Source of the DNA: Chiloscyllium plagiosum
Taxonomy: Eukaryota
Length of the DNA stretch: 64,000 nucleotides
Direction of reading: 5' to 3'
Assembly (NCBI RefSeq): GCF_004010195.1
Contig: NC_057719.1
Span: 18,807,159 to 18,871,158 of the forward strand
Shown: piece after piece, positions 12,936 to 27,384 of the stretch
Layout: each line of letters starts with the position of its first letter
How positions within the stretch are numbered: the first letter of the stretch is position 1
Program-made: the position numbers and the translations under genes
Notes under the pieces: model-generated
The model's database searches: none
Seen by the model: the letters and a program-made list of their open reading frames with translations, nothing else
Told to the model about the DNA's origin: nothing

Positions 12936-14004
12936 TACAGTAACTTTAACTTTGTTCTTTTCACCTATTTCATCATTTCAAGTTTAAAAGAAAATGCAGG
13001 AGTATGTTGTAAGTTTGTGCTGAGGTTGTACAGACAGACAACTCTGCCTTCCTTGTGGTGAATAGAAACCTTTTATGAACCATGTGCACTGTATAAGGAA
13101 TGAGGTTGGAGAGAGAATTCCTAGAACCTTGCTAACTCAGTCCTTGTTCTAAGTAGATCTGGATATCTGCAGTCGTATCTGATTCATTAATGTAATGGGA
13201 TTTAACCACTATCCTACAGAGAATAGAGCTAATTTGCTACCTTATTTTAAGACTTGAATGCTGTTAAGGCAAACATAGAGCTCAAAACCTGGAAAATTGC
13301 TTAGATGTACTTCGTGCCTGCAATATTACGTTAAGTTCAAAGAGAGATATTCATTGACTAGTCAGCTAGGCAATTCTTCAGAAATGCTTCATGTTAAGAA
13401 TGTCATGTCAGGTTACTTCAAAACAAGGTAATACAAAGTTTAACAAATATGAACAGCAAAATTTCGATAAAATCTAATTCTCAATTCCAGTTCTAAATTC
13501 TAAAGCTTTGTTGTTCATGAAGCGGAAGTCCATCTTAAACCTATGTAGTCTAATAGGATTCAGTCAAATGATCAAATTTTGTTTTGACCTATTTCTTTTT
13601 CATATTTGCTAATCAGCCTGTTCAGAGATGTTACTACACACCTCTAGAGCAGGGAAGATTTGAAGTCCTGGTAGTGTTCCTTAGAACATTTGGGCCTTAG
13701 TTTGTTAGGTCCCTTGGTTTGAACATTTCAGTACAATTAAGAATATTTGCCAACTGTGAGCTATTCAGTGAATGGAGATCATATGCAACAGATGAATTTT
13801 AGAGAGTCTTTTTTAAAATTAATATACGAGGCAGCATCTGCAGAGCTGTAAAATTAACTTTTCATTTGTTGATCCACACTAAAACAGATACATGTGAATA
13901 TTTATAAACTGTGAAATTACTTTATAGTTGTAAACAAGAAATCCCATTGTCCATTTCATCTTGAATAGTGAAGTTCTCTTATTTATTGTTTTGTAAAAGT
14001 AGTT

Positions 14005-14625
14005 CTTTTTATACACTTCATGAGAGGTAGGCACCATTGGTTTGACCAATATTTATTGTCCGTTTCTAATTGCCTTTAAGAAGGTGATGTGAGCTGCTTT
14101 TTGAACTGTTGTGATCTTTTGGATGTAGGCATACCCACGATTAGGGAGGTGGTGTCAGGATTTTGACCTCGTGAGACTGAAGGAATGATGATACAGTTCT
14201 AAGTCAGGATAGTACGCAGAATAGAAGGGAACTTGCAGATTGAATGGATATTATGCATCTCCTGCTTCTGTCCTTTTAGGTGGTAGAGGTTGTGGGTTTG
14301 GAAGGTGCTACTGGAGGAGCCTTGATAAGTTATTGCAATGCATCTTCTTGCTGACACACACAGCTAATATTGTGCAGCAGTGGTGAAGGGAAGGTATGTT
14401 AAAGGTGTGAGATGTGGTGCCAACCAGTGGTCAGTTTTGTCTGAGATGGTGTCAAGCTTTTAGAGTGTTGTTGGAGCTATAACCATCCAACCAAGTGGCC
14501 AGATTTCCATCATATTCTTGATTTGTGCCTTGCAGCTGGTAGGCAGCATTTAGGATGACAGGGGAGGTGAGTTACTCGCTGTAGAATTCCCAGCCTCTCA
14601 ATGCTCTTATAGCTACAGTATTTAT
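14005..14625 (-). mobile_element. LINE family 2 (CR1/L2 group) 3' fragment
   Basis: Homologous to 63800-64000 and 18900-19495 (aggtgagttactc; atttattgtcc..tctaattgcc). Confidence 0.7.
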
Positions 14626-15041
14626 GACGAGTAGTCATGTTAACTGACTACAAGTTGTGCCTGACCCTGTGAAACAGGAGCGTGGAGCAGTGAGTATTTA
14701 AATTTATAACTGACTATTTGGAGCCCTTCTTACCGGGGCATGAAGTCACCTACTTGTGATCCACTTCACTCATTCAACTGCTCATGTCTGAACTGGAAAG
14801 AAACTCAGAGTGATATCACAGGAAAATCGTGAGTTCAATGGCTGGTAAGAAACAATGTTTAGAGTCTAACCTTAAGTAGCAATAATTTAGAAAAGTGTAT
14901 TTTTTAAGGGATTAACTGAGAAGCACCAGGGATAAGTGAAACTCAGAGAATAATAGGAGCAGACTAAAGTTGAGGTAAAGGGAATATTTTTAAAATGAAG
15001 TAATTAGAAAAGTTAGTAAGTAAGTAAGGCATGGTAGGTAG

Positions 15042-15395
15042 CGGTGATGACCAGGTGGTATTATCGCTGGACTGTTAACCCAGCAATCCAGGAAATGTTC
15101 TGGGGATCTGGATTTGAATACCACCGTGGCAGGTGGTGGAATTTGAATTCAGTAAAAATCTGGAGTTGCGTGTCGAAAAAAGACCATGTCCATTACCGAA
15201 TGTCGGAAAAACTTATCTGGTTTGCTGATGTCCTGAGGGAGAAAAACTGCCATCCTTACCTGGTCTGGCCTACTTATGACTCCAAACCCACAGCAATGTG
15301 ATTGACTCTTCACTGCCCTCTGGGCAATTAAGGATGGGTAATAAATGCTGGCCTAGTCAGCGATGGCCTCATCCTGTGAATAGAGAGAAAAAAAT
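15042..15395 (+). mobile_element. tRNA-derived SINE, family 2
   Basis: A/B-box-like head; body ccttacctggtctggcctac...ctgccctctg; LINE2-type tail ggcaattaaggatggg.aataaatgctggcc; A-rich end. Confidence 0.85.
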
Positions 15396-15429
15396 TGGGA
15401 TAGTCATGGTGTAAAGCCCAGACAATTGG

Positions 15430-15562
15430 CCTCATTCCTGATGAAGGTCTTTTGCCTAAAACATCGATTCTCCTGCTTCTCAGGTGCCTGACCTGCTGTG
15501 CTTTTCCAGCACCACTTTAATCTTGACTCTAATCTCCAGCATTGCAGTACCCACCTCCGCCT
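15430..15562 (+). mobile_element. PLE pLTR fragment with hammerhead core
   Basis: attcctgatgaaggtcttttgcctaaaacatcgatt. Confidence 0.8.
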
Positions 15563-18399
15563 GCTCTGTGTAGATAATCATTGCCTGGCACTTGTGAAGT
15601 GTGAATATTACTTGCAACTTATTCGCCCAAACATGGATGTTGAACTACTTTCAACTTTTTTCAAAATAAGTTCAGTTCAGGTTAATTGACTTAAAAATAG
15701 TTTCCTATCAGTCCATTGAAAAGGATCGGGTTTTTTTTACAGTTCATAGTACTTTTGTAAGTTAAACATCAAAGGTACACAGATTTCTCATAACACTCAC
15801 ACCTTAGAGTTAAATTTATTGATTTGTCAATGTTTTTAATACTCTTCATGCAATATGTATGTTGTTTAATGTTTTTCTTGTAACTTATCATCTTTAGATA
15901 ATTCGATCAGTTTATATTAAGGTGAGATTTAATTAGTATCACTGAGAGTGTAAATCAAGCTAACACACAAATATTAGTAAAATATATGGTTTACAAAGGG
16001 ATGAAAGATGATAACAGGTTTACAAAACCTTCTATAGCAGAGTAATTCCAACAGCTTAATCTTGTTTCCTGATGTGTGACGAGTGACTTGTTATTCAGAG
16101 ATGCTTGCTTTGTCATCATGGCTTTTCTCTCTCATGCCAATCTGAAATGCAAGGTGAATCAATTTTAATTTTTTAAAGAAGTACTACTGAGAACAGTGAG
16201 AGTCAATATAGAAAACCCAGCAGTCCCTTACTATGCACTCTGGTTTTCAGTAGGAGCTTAGTAAACCTACAAATCACTACATTTTACAAAACTCCTTAAC
16301 TAAAGAACTGACAAAATCAAACTTATATTAGTACAGGCGCTGTTCTTCCCTCAAAAAATATGACATTGAAATGTTAGGTGCCAAATTCAATCTGAGTGCA
16401 GCTGTAAGACCAAGAATGTTTATTTTGAAAAAAACTAGTTCTGATCCTTTTGAAGAAAAATGCAGATGAAATAACAACTCTGCATAGTCTGTGATAAGCA
16501 TGAAGATATCAGAAATCCTTTGTGCCGGAAATATAGATCACAAAGTGATCTGCAAGCACACTGATATTTAGGACAACAAACCTGTTGCTGTCACTTTAAG
16601 TGAAGATAGCTGCAGGATGATGCCTTTTGCAAACAGCGTATATAGGACAGCAAGGGGATATTGTAGACTAGACTTCCGTTAGACAGCAGTACATTGGACT
16701 GTGCCAAAACAGGTGGGCTCACCTCCGCACCCACAAAATCGACCAAACTGGAGGCACTAAAACCATTCTCTCTACATTGAATGGAAGTCAGGCAGACAAG
16801 TACAACTGGGTACGAGTAGGAAGCCACAGGACAGATTAAACCAAAGCAAATGCCTGCAGAAAGACTGTTAACTTACACAGAACCAAAGGGCCGTGCAGTC
16901 AGTCTGCTGCACCTTGGTTATCTATTGTCACATCAGAAGATAAGAACATGTTCCAAATAAGTCTTTTTTGGACTATTTCAGAATTGACAGAAACAATGTG
17001 GTTAGAAAGAATCTTTATTCTTGTGATACCATATCATCAAGCAAAGGTGTCATACTCTGTTAACCATTGACGTCTTATGTAACTTTCGCTTGCTCTCACT
17101 TTTATTTCAGCAATCGGTTTTGCCAGTTCTACTGCACTCAAAGCATAAGCAGACTTGATTGCTCAATCTCAAACTAAATGGTTTACAAATTAATATACAC
17201 TTTGGTGTGACAAATCTCTCACTTCCACTGTTTGCGGAAGAGATTCGCTCCCTGCCAATTACCAACCTCTTTGTTATTCTTGTAGCCTCAGTATTTAGAG
17301 GATTAGTCCGATGCTGGCAAATGGCATACTCCAGGATAGTGATATTCTGTGATGGTAATACCACTGAATGTCAGGGGGTTGATAGTTGGATTCTTTACTG
17401 TAGGAGATGGTCATTGTCTGACACTTATATGGTGTGAATGTTACTTGCCATATATTAACCCAAACATTGATATTATCCACGCTTTGTAGTACATAAACAC
17501 AACTTGCTTTGTTAATTACTTTCAACTGGTTTAAATAACTTCAGTTCTGATTAATTAACTTTTAAAAAAAGTTTCTGTTACTCCATAGATTTATTGATTT
17601 TTGTAAGATGAACACAAAGATCTTAGTGAAAACTTTGCTGCCGACCAAGGAAAAATGAAGAGATTCCCTATTTTTAATCACCAATTTTCTTCTTCAATAT
17701 ATCCTCTGCTTCGTATTCTGAAAGCACTCGTTCTCACAAGACATTGGTGCCAACGGCCTTCCTATATCTTGCTTCAATGACCATCCTTCAGATTTGAACA
17801 GATACTGTGAACAGCAGTAGATTGCTACCTCATGGAAACTCTGGGAAAAAAAACTCACACAATGCTTACATTTCACATCTCATGACTCAGTGTAGTTTTT
17901 TTTTAATGTGTTCTTGGGATTTGGGCATCTCTGTCTAGATCAGAATTTATTGCACACTCTAAGTCCCTTGAAGAATGTGGTGGTGGGCTGTCATTTTGAA
18001 CGATTACAGTTCCTGGAAAATAGGACATCACACTGATTTTAAGAAGGAAGTTCAAGGATTTAACCCATTGTCAGTGAAGGAGTGGAGATATATTTCCAGG
18101 TCAGTATTACTACTGCCAGTCCCCAGCCAAACTTTTCCAATTTACTACAGTTCTTGATACAATCAATATGTTACCCCAAATTATCAAGCTTCCAGGTGAG
18201 GATGGATGAATTTTCTCCCCCAAACCCCACCATCAACTTTTCATTCACCTGCCCTCCTCGTTTTTTTTCAACAGGCAGAGCACGCGCTGACATGTCCAAT
18301 GCCACACTGGAACAAGGTTTAACTCCCTTTCCAATAGCACATTCCCAGTCCAACGGATTAGGTCTGAGCACTGGAATCCTGCCTTATCCAGCCATGCCT

Positions 18400-19495
18400 A
18401 GCTCTAAGGAAGATAGTTGTTTTTGTTGGAAGTCAGTCAACTCAGTCCCAGGATATCTCTGCAGGAATTCCTCAGAGTAATGTTCAACACCCAGCCATCT
18501 CCAGCTTCTTCATCAGTGACTTTCACTTTAGCATAAAGTCAGAGATGGGGATTGCACAATGTTCAGCACAGTTTCTACTGTTCATTCTGTGCCCATATGC
18601 AGCAAAGGAGGAGAAACTGAGGGCTGCAGATGCTGCGGATCAGAGTCAATGAGGGAATGAGGAAGGGCTTATGCCCAGAATGTCAATTCTCCTGCTCCTT
18701 GGATGTTGCCTGACCTGCTGTGCTTTTCCAGCACCACACTCTTGACTCCCATATGTAGCAAAGCCTGGGACAACATCCAGGTTTGAGCTGAAAATTGGCA
18801 ACTAACATTCTCACCAAACAAATGCCATGCAGTGACCATTCACAACAAGTGATAACCTTACTACCTCCTCTTGACATTCAATTATCATGGCCGAATCTCC
18901 CAGTCTCAATGGGAGATTACCATTGACCAGAATTTGAACTAGCCACATAGATATTGTGGCAAGAGAGGCAGCTCAGAGATAATGAATCCTGTGACAGATA
19001 ACTCACACCTGATTCACTAAACCCAGCTACAATGCACATGTCAGCATTGTGTTGGAATGTCTCTATTTATCTGGAAAATTGGAAAAGCAACAGTCAAGTC
19101 GCTCAACACTACTTGTAGGGCACCTCATCAACCAACCTAAACATTTATATACTCAACAATTGATGCACAGTAGCAATGTACCATAACAATGTGCATGGTA
19201 GCAACTCACCAAGGCTTCTGAGAAGCTTCTTTTAAACCTGCGACATCTACCAGCTATAAGAACAAGGGAGCAGATGCACAGCAACTTCACTCCCTGTACA
19301 TTCTCCTCCAAGTTACACACCATTCTGAGCTATGTGATCATTCCTTCAATGCCACACTGGAACAAGGTTTAACTCTCTTTCCAATAGCACAGTCCCTGTC
19401 CCCTAAGGACTGCTGTGATCAGGAAGCCATTTATTACCATCCTCTTAAGAGCAATCAGGGATGGATAACAAGTGCCATGTCAGCTAAATCCCAGA
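18400..19495 (+). mobile_element. LINE family 2 3' portion (RT end and 3'UTR)
   Basis: Collinear with 63390-64000 (gtcaactcagtcccaggatatctctgcaggaattcctcag = GVPQG region). Confidence 0.7.
18608..18747. mobile_element. Mini PLE insertion, family A, inverted
   Basis: TSD cccatatg(c/t)agcaaag at 18592-18607 and 18748-18763. Confidence 0.85.
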
Positions 19496-19734
19496 ATCAT
19501 AGTGCACATAAGGAAGCCATTCAGTCCATTGTGCCTATTCTATCTCTTTGAAGGATTCATTCAATTAGTCCCTCCCATATAGTATTTCACTATATCTTCG
19601 CCTTCATTGATTTAACCGATTGGTTGTCAAACGTCACTGCTGAATCTGCTGCTACCATCTTTTCATGCAATGCACTCTGTTAACAACAGCTGGTTATGTA
19701 AATACAAACCATATGTACCCATTGATTCTTTTAG

Positions 19735-19857
19735 CATGAGGAGTAAGAGAATTGACTTTTTGGGCATAAACACTCTGTTAGGAATGAGCGGGGTCTGAGA
19801 TAAATGAGAGGGGGGGTTGGGTCTGGGGGAAGGTAGGGCTGGGAATGCGATAGGTTT
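19735..19857 (-). mobile_element. PLE family A fragment
   Basis: gagaattgactttttgggcataaac...aggaatgag is the reverse complement of the pLTR core. Confidence 0.6.
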
Positions 19858-20106
19858 ATTACTAAACAGAAAGTTATTTGAGGGAAAGATGGAATCTAAA
19901 CGTAATAGATTCCATATTAGAGTAGGTGTCATTTCTTCCTTTCTCAGTTGAAAAATAGCCGTTTTGGTGAGATATCAAAGGTGGCCTTTGCTTCTGGAGT
20001 TGAATTTCATTAGGAATGGAGAGGTAAGAATGGAAAAGTGGGTCAAAAGATATTTCTATTGATAACAGGCATTTGGTGTGATAGATTACTGAAGGGTTTT
20101 CAACTA

Positions 20107-20421
20107 GGAGGAAGTGAGGACTGCAGATGCTGGAGTGTCTTTCCCATCTATCTGCTCCACCCTCCTCTCCGACCTAACATCTTCTCCTCCACCTTCATCT
20201 ACCTATTGCATTCTCAGCTACCTTACCCCCAGCACCACCCCCCTCCCATTTATCTCTTAGCACCGCCCCCCACTCCCCGGCTCACAAGCCGCATTCTTGA
20301 TGAACGGCTTATGCCCAAAATGTCAATTCTCCTGTTCCTCAGATGCTGCCTGACCTGTTGTGCTTTTCCAGCACCACACTCTCGACTGTGATCTCCAGCA
20401 TCTGCAGTCCTCACTTTCTCC
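20107..20421 (+). mobile_element. PLE pLTR with a 29 bp inverted copy of its tail at the 5' end
   Basis: ggaggaagtgaggactgcagatgctggag ... ctccagcatctgcagtcctcactttctcc; internal ttgatgaacggcttatgcccaaaatgtc. Confidence 0.85.
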
Positions 20422-20764
20422 CTTGATTCTTTTGCCAATTACCTCAAACCTATATTTTCTGGTGAATGACTTTCCTGCCTCTGGAACACCATTCACCATT
20501 CAGCCAATGAAAATGCCTCAAAGCACAGGTCAAAACTTCATTTTTTTTTCAACAAAGGAATTAAACAACATGTTTGCTGCATTTGGCAGCCAAAGCAAAC
20601 AGACATAGTGTGGTGCAAAAATTAGAACACAGATTTCTGTCTGTCTCCCATGCTGCAAAAATCTCTCCAGCTTTTGAAATAGCTAACAGACAACATATGC
20701 AAATTAGAGAGTGAGAAATTTGCAAACTCACAGATCAAAAAAAACATGGAAAATACTGCTGTAA

Positions 20765-21010
20765 TGTCACCAGTAAAAGCAGGACATGCTGGAAAAGCTC
20801 AGCAAGTCAGGCAACATGTGGGGGGTTCTGAAAGTGCTGATGTTTCACACAGCTGACCTTTCATTCACAATTGGGAAAAGTTAGAGATGTGAGCAAGGGG
20901 TGGGTGAGACAAGATTCTAAAAGTTCGTTCTTCACAAACACTGCCTGACCTGCTGGGTATTTCCAGCATTTTCTGGTCTTCTGTCAGCATCCACAATGTT
21001 CTGCTTTTCA
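20765..21010. mobile_element. Old inverted PLE terminal fragment
   Basis: atgctggaaaagctcagcaagtcaggca versus tgcctgacctgctgggtatttccagcat. Confidence 0.5.
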
Positions 21011-22624
21011 ACTAGTGTAACTTCACATAGATATTTTCAATCAGCTGCTGGCAAAGAGTTAAAAATAGAAGCATTCACCAACCTCGCTAAAATCACACTG
21101 AGGAAGGGTCTCAACTTGAAATGCTGTAACAAAGCTTTCACTTTTCAACTGCCTCCTGTTTGTTTCCATTATTTCCAGGTTTTATTTTATTTTTTTTAAA
21201 TCTTTTGCATGTTTTTGCCACATGGAGACTGTTCTGGTAACATCAATCTCCAAATTGAAAGATGTGATAATTCAAGGTCATGTTTTGACTTTCAGCATCT
21301 CAGAACAGGCTTTCACTATTCATGACTGTGGAAATATTTTCCCCTTCGACCCAAGGCCAAAAAGAATATTTATTCTGATGCAAAGAATTATTTTCATAGT
21401 TTGAATATTTAATAACAATTGAATCCATAAAGAAGCTTTGCTAAGTAACTGAGAAAGGAGCTTGAGCTATTGGCAATGTTTTCATTGTCATGTAGCTGCA
21501 GCGAATGAGTTAACAGATTGGATGAATTTTTCTTGTTATGCTTTTTTTACCTACCCTCCTTTCCCCTTCGACACATGCTCTATGTTATGATCGGACTGTC
21601 CGCTTCTGTCAGGCAACTGATTAGGCCCCACTTCAAGTGGAAGAGGCGAGTTCAGTTTCCTTGTAAGTGAGTAATTACTGTTCCTCTGATTCACAAGACA
21701 TGAGAAAATCAAGGACAGAAGTTGAAAATCTGACGAAGACATGAGTTTAATTAATATTAAGCTCTCATGTCACATTCCTTTCAACCTTTGTAAGAATTCA
21801 GTCTTAATTAGAAATGCAGTCATCCAGTGAACAAGTCTCCAGGACAGAGGAAACGTCGCAAATAAAGTTTATATCTATGTTTCTCTTTCGCCTTCAGTTT
21901 TCTCAACTTTTCTTCTCTGAAGAACATAAAACTCTCATTGAGGAGATTGGTGAACAGGATATAATAATTCTTAGTTCATGTGAGGTTAGACTGTCAATGG
22001 CCACAGAATGTATGTTTCCAAAAAGTTGCAGATTCTGGTGCAAGTTGAAATATTCTTGTTTGAGATCATTTGTTGGGAGATTCATTGCATGTTGAATAAA
22101 GGCGAGTGAAAGGAGTTGAGGTGGAGATCAGATCTAACTGTTTGGTGGAATAGCTAGGGGGTGCTGAATAGGCTATTCCTATTCATCGACTTCACTCAAA
22201 GACCACGGGCTAATTTGTCTGATAAGTTAAAAATAGATCCCAAAAAGATACCTTTACTCTTCCCAAGTTCAGAGAACCTAATTGTACTATAGCACCCAAA
22301 CTTTTGTTCTTTTAACCTCAAACGTTGTGCTCTGCATGGTTTAGTGTCATATCAGACATGCCATTTATTCACTAGACCAGCAGAGGGAAACATGATACAA
22401 ATACCTTTGCATTTGTGTGGTGTTTTCATTCAAGAAACAAACTCGAAGACTGATACTTTGTTGCGGGATTCTTCAATGGGACCACCACAAGAATGAAAGC
22501 AAACATTATTGCATATTCCATGCAATGTGAGATAACAAAATTCACTGTGCAAACAAAATAATGTTTCCCATGGTCTATTGAATAACATGGGGAGAAGAGT
22601 CAGCCATGCATTTCTTTAAGCCCA

Positions 22625-23905
22625 CTTCAGCAAGGCATTTGACAACTTCAGCAAGGCATTCAACAAGGTTCCACATGGTAGACTGTTCACAAGGTTAGAT
22701 CACATGGAATGCAGGGGGAGCTAGCCAGTTGGATACAAAATTGGCTTGAGGGTAGGAGACAGAGGGTGGTGGTAGAGGGTTGTTTAACTAGAGGCCTGAG
22801 ACCAGCAGTATGCTGTAAGGTTTGATGCTGGGTCCAATACTTTTTGACATTTATATACATAATTTGAATATGAATATAGGAATCAAAAAGTGTGGTGCTG
22901 GAAAACCAGACCAAGTCAGGCCGCAAGGAACAGGACAGTCAATGTTTCGGGCATTAGCCCTTCATCAGGAATACAGGAGGTATGGTTAGTAAGTTTGCAG
23001 ATGACACCAAAATTGGAAGTGTAGTGGACAACGAAAAAGATTACCTTATAGTACGATGGGATCTTGATCAGATGGGCCAATGGGCCGAGGTGTGGCAGAT
23101 GGAGTTTATTTTAGATAAATGTGACCTGTTGCATTTTGGTAAGGCAAGTCAGGTCAAGACTTATACAGTTAATGGGAGAACCCTGGGTAATATTGTCGAA
23201 CAAAGAGACTTTGGGGTCCAGGTGCATCGTTTCTTGAAATTGGGCTCACAGGGAAACAGGGCAGTGAAGAAGGTGTTTGGCATGCCTTCCTTCTTTGGTC
23301 AGTGCATTGAGTATAGGAGTTGGGATGTCATATTGCAGCTGTACAGGACATTGGTGAGAATACTTTTAAAAGCTGCATTTAATTCTGGTCCGCTCACTAT
23401 CAGAAAGATGTTGTTAAACGTGAAAGAATTCAGAAAATATTTACAATATTATTGCTGGGATTGGAGGGTTTGAGCTATAGGGAGAGGCTGAATAGACTGG
23501 GGCTTTTTCCCTGGAGTGTCAGAGGCTGAGGGGTGACCTTAAAGTGGTTTATAAAATCATGAGGGCCATGGAAAGGGTGAATAGCCAAGTTTTTTTTCCC
23601 CAAGGTAGGGGAGTTCAAAACTAAAGGGCATAGGTTTAATGTGAGAGGGGAAAGGCTTAAAAGGGATGTGAGGGACAACTTTTTCACGCAGAGAGTGGTG
23701 CATGTATGGAACAAGCTGCCAGAGGAAGTGACAGAGGCACGTACAATTACAACATTTAAAAGACATCTGGATGGGTACATTAATTGGAAAGGGTAAGATG
23801 AATATAGGCTAAAATGCTGGCAAATGGCACAAGATCAGTTTGGGATATCTAATCAGCATGGATGAGTTGGACCGAAAGGTCAGTTTCCATTCCTTTGACT
23901 CTATG
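22625..23905 (+). mobile_element. 5'-truncated CR1 LINE, DFSKAFD motif to 3' tail
   Basis: ORF 22982-23473 VSKFADDTK...WQMEF; 21 bp tandem duplication at the 5' junction. Confidence 0.92.
22882..22968 (-). mobile_element. Mini PLE inserted in CR1
   Basis: Minus ctgatgaagggctaatgcccgaaacattg; flanks gaata(t/c)agga. Confidence 0.8.
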
Positions 23906-24996
23906 CCTGATAGACTGTGGCTTATCTGTCTCTTAACTGCATCAACTCATACAGAAGCATACACTGAAAATATGTATGCATAACAGAACAGAAATCATTA
24001 GCCAAATCAGATCATGGTATTACCAACTTAATTATTATACCATCCGCTGCTCAAAGCTGCTCAGGGATGTCACCTGTCAGATGCCCTATCAGTCTTATTC
24101 TAGGCAGTCTGATTGGTTGTTGAAGAATACCGATAAGTATAATTTTAAGTCATCATCTTAACAAATTTTCCCTTCCTGTTTAAAACTTATATTTTGAAGT
24201 TGGACAGTGCGAAATATTTTTGCTCGTGTAGCATATCTGAGGAAATGAAACTGCCATTCAGCCCAAACAAAGTCTGCTTGATTTTTTTGTCCACAAATGT
24301 AAATGTTTTAGGTAAAGTCTCCACAGACCACAATTGCAACCGATATGTCCTTACGAAAGGCTTTTCCACATAACAAAGGATCTCACATTTACCGTATATT
24401 ACTGCCTTAGAGCTGCATTCGCAGACAAAGAACTTCCATCAGTGTTTTGCATCTTTTGAGAGAGACATACATCCTTTGCTGGTTTGGAAAAGTATTTATG
24501 AAAGGTTTCTTGAATCAAATCAAATGTATATCTTCTGCAGCAGTGATGGGTGAAATCTGCTCTTTCAGAGGGTGCACTGTTGTACTCTTGGCAGATTGAA
24601 ACAAGTAGAAATCATACATTTGTCATGCCTTTCAAACTATCTATATACTATTCTCACTGCAAGGAGTAAAAAGAATATTGAGTCTTGTTCTTTTGGGATT
24701 GGCTAAAGTTTCAATGGTGTACCAAATTATAATTAATAAATATGCTCACTGCCCCGGAAAGGCTTTTTTTCACAAATGTGAAATCTCATTCCCTCAGAAG
24801 AAGGTTTTTTTAAATGCTGATTTACACAAAAGGGTAAATTTTAAAAGTTTGTGTTCCAGAATTTGTTTTACTTTATGTGCAATAATTCCAGTGTGATTTA
24901 TATTTCCTGCTTTTTGTTCCTATTTTTGCCATTGGTTAGAATTCTTTAAACGGATTGGCTGATAAGCCTGTGTTATGCCTGTGTTGTTGCTGAAGG

Positions 24997-25111
24997 CAGG
25001 AGCAAATTACTGCAGATGCTGGAATTTGTGCTGAAGAAGAAAAACCCTCTGATGAAGAGTCATCTAGACTTGAAACATTAGCTTGTTCTCTCTCCACGGA
25101 TGCTGCTGACC
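24997..25111. mobile_element. Mini PLE, family B, with hammerhead core
   Basis: ctgatgaagagtcatctagacttgaaacatt; flanks tgttg(tt/ct)g(c/t)tgaagg form a degenerate 15 bp TSD. Confidence 0.7.
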
Positions 25112-27384
25112 TGTTGCTGTTGAAGGAGGAGATTGAGATCCTGCTAAAATTTTGTAAGCAGTTTTTCCTCAAGATCAGCAGAATGCTCTGTACCTTCAAT
25201 ATAGACAGCAAGATCCAGACCAAAATAAGAAAGTATTCAGGAAGTCACTAAATTTTCACAGACTGATGCAGCGAAACAACCCCACACAGTGGAGGCAATT
25301 AGACAACAAAATGCATACCAACTCTAGAGCGCTTAACTATGAATATCTTTTCTGTAAGCAAAACCAAAATAGTAAATGAATGTGGATTGGTTACTTTGGG
25401 TAAATGGATCTTTCAGAATAAAATTTGAGAAAGAGGAAGTCTGGATTACAAATGCAAGATAAGCTAACATCACAGTTTGTTTTAATAGAGCATAAGGTGC
25501 TTACTTGCAAATATGTTGATGTAAAAACGACTTGGCTATGGGGTTGTCAAAGTTTGTAAATCAATAAAATTAATGCCACACCTCCCTTGAGAATACTTTG
25601 ACATATATCAACATCCAGTAAATCCAGTTGATATTTCCCTCCTGCACTGAAGTATAGTCAATTCCAGACACACTTGATCTCAGTGCAGGGCCAAGCCACT
25701 TCCTGTGGTAGATAAAATTCCTGAATCAATTATAACGCTTGAGGACAAAATCCCAATTCAAGTAGAAGATTTTTCCCAATTAGCTATTTTAAACCTTTTC
25801 TTGTAAACAATACTTTGGACAAGCTCTTGAATACGGAATGCATCTCCCGAGGGGCAGGCACATGCACATCTGGAGTACACTAGGCTATGGTGTGTATATC
25901 TATTTGTAAGTATGATCTGTTCCATGTTAATGAGCTTACCTTCAGCTAATCTACAGCAGGCTGTACTATGTTAGGGAGTCACATTCTGGTATGTTTCTAC
26001 ATTAACCCTAACTTCCAAAGGAAAATGTCAGTCACCCAATGGAAAACAACATTATATAACAAAATCTTTATTATCAGTAAAAGACAACAGAATTATCATT
26101 ATCTACAAATTAAAATGCTGATTTCAGAAATTAGAAAAACAAACTTATATGACAGTGATTTTACTGCACAGAAATATGACGATCCATAACTTTGGATTCT
26201 CCCCTAGAAGTCAGGGACTTCTGCAAATCTGCAAATCAGAAGTCTGCAAATCTGTGGCAGAAAGAACAAAGAGAAACAGAGGAGAAAGAACATAAGAATG
26301 ATTGACTTGCATTTATTTAGCACCTTTCAAAACACAGGATGTTCCAAAATGCCATATCGCCAATGATGGAGTTTTGATGTGAAATGCAAATTGTACAATA
26401 TTTATATAAATAAATATTATTTACTTCATCTGTTAATTTTACTTTAGGGTAGACTGTCAGATGATGCTTTAAGACCAGTCACACTTTTAATGTGAAGTAG
26501 GGGAATGTTGTTAACCATTTTGAAAGTCTCATTTTAGAAAGGATTAAAATTATGGGCAGATGCAGCCACATTTTAATAGCTTGTCATGGAACGAGGTTTA
26601 AATTTCAATCCCCATGACTCAGTGGCACTCTAAATATATTAACAGAAATCCATGTTAGCAGTATAGCAGCAAGCAGCCATATCACCAGACAATGATATGC
26701 AATGCTTGAGTCACAACCTAACCTGCCAATTTTTAATAAGCATTTATATTCCTGCAATTCTTACAGTGCCAATGTGTTGGATAGAGAATTTAAATTAGTC
26801 CCGTGACAGATTACCGTACTGTGTTGTTTTTAAGGTTTTGACAGAAGCATTTCTGGGAGTATGAATAGAAAAGTGAAGTAAACCCAGAGCACAGTAAGTA
26901 TGAGACCACTGAATAACAAAAATGTGTGCAATGACTTGTGTTCCCAAATCGAGGGATAAGTTAGATATTATTGCAGGAGCAATCCTCAACACAGACCACC
27001 CTCTACAATGAGGCTGTCTGTACTATAGGTTTGCAGCTACTGCACTCCTTTAGGACAGGCGCCTACTGAACCTGCTTGGTAAATGAAAATCACTTGCTAG
27101 TTTCACTAGAAGATGCTCTTGTCTCAAACAACATTTGGTTTAGCAACCAAGTACAAGTTATATTAGTAATGATAAGCATTGCTCTCAAGACTTGGAGGAG
27201 GGTCTAAATGGTAGATCTTATTCCTTTGAGATACTAAGCTGTTCTCCCACCAAGTCCATGTGACATTAGCATAACAGGTGATGCTTAAGGCAATCCTCAG
27301 TAGTAACCTTTTTAGTCCCTTACACTCTTATATAACATCTTTGCTGAGTCTTTTCTCTTTTTCATAAAATGTGATTAATTTTTT

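Noticed and set aside
20107..20421. DNA transposon with 29 bp TIRs
   Set aside because: The apparent TIRs are the PLE tail and its inverted copy; the interior is pLTR with a hammerhead core.
21551..24590. Weak minus-strand exon candidates near 21555-21686 and 24400-24586
   Set aside because: Open frames of 40-60 codons but weak splice sites and no recognisable homology.
26218..26255. ctgcaaat short repeats
   Set aside because: Too short; simple slippage.
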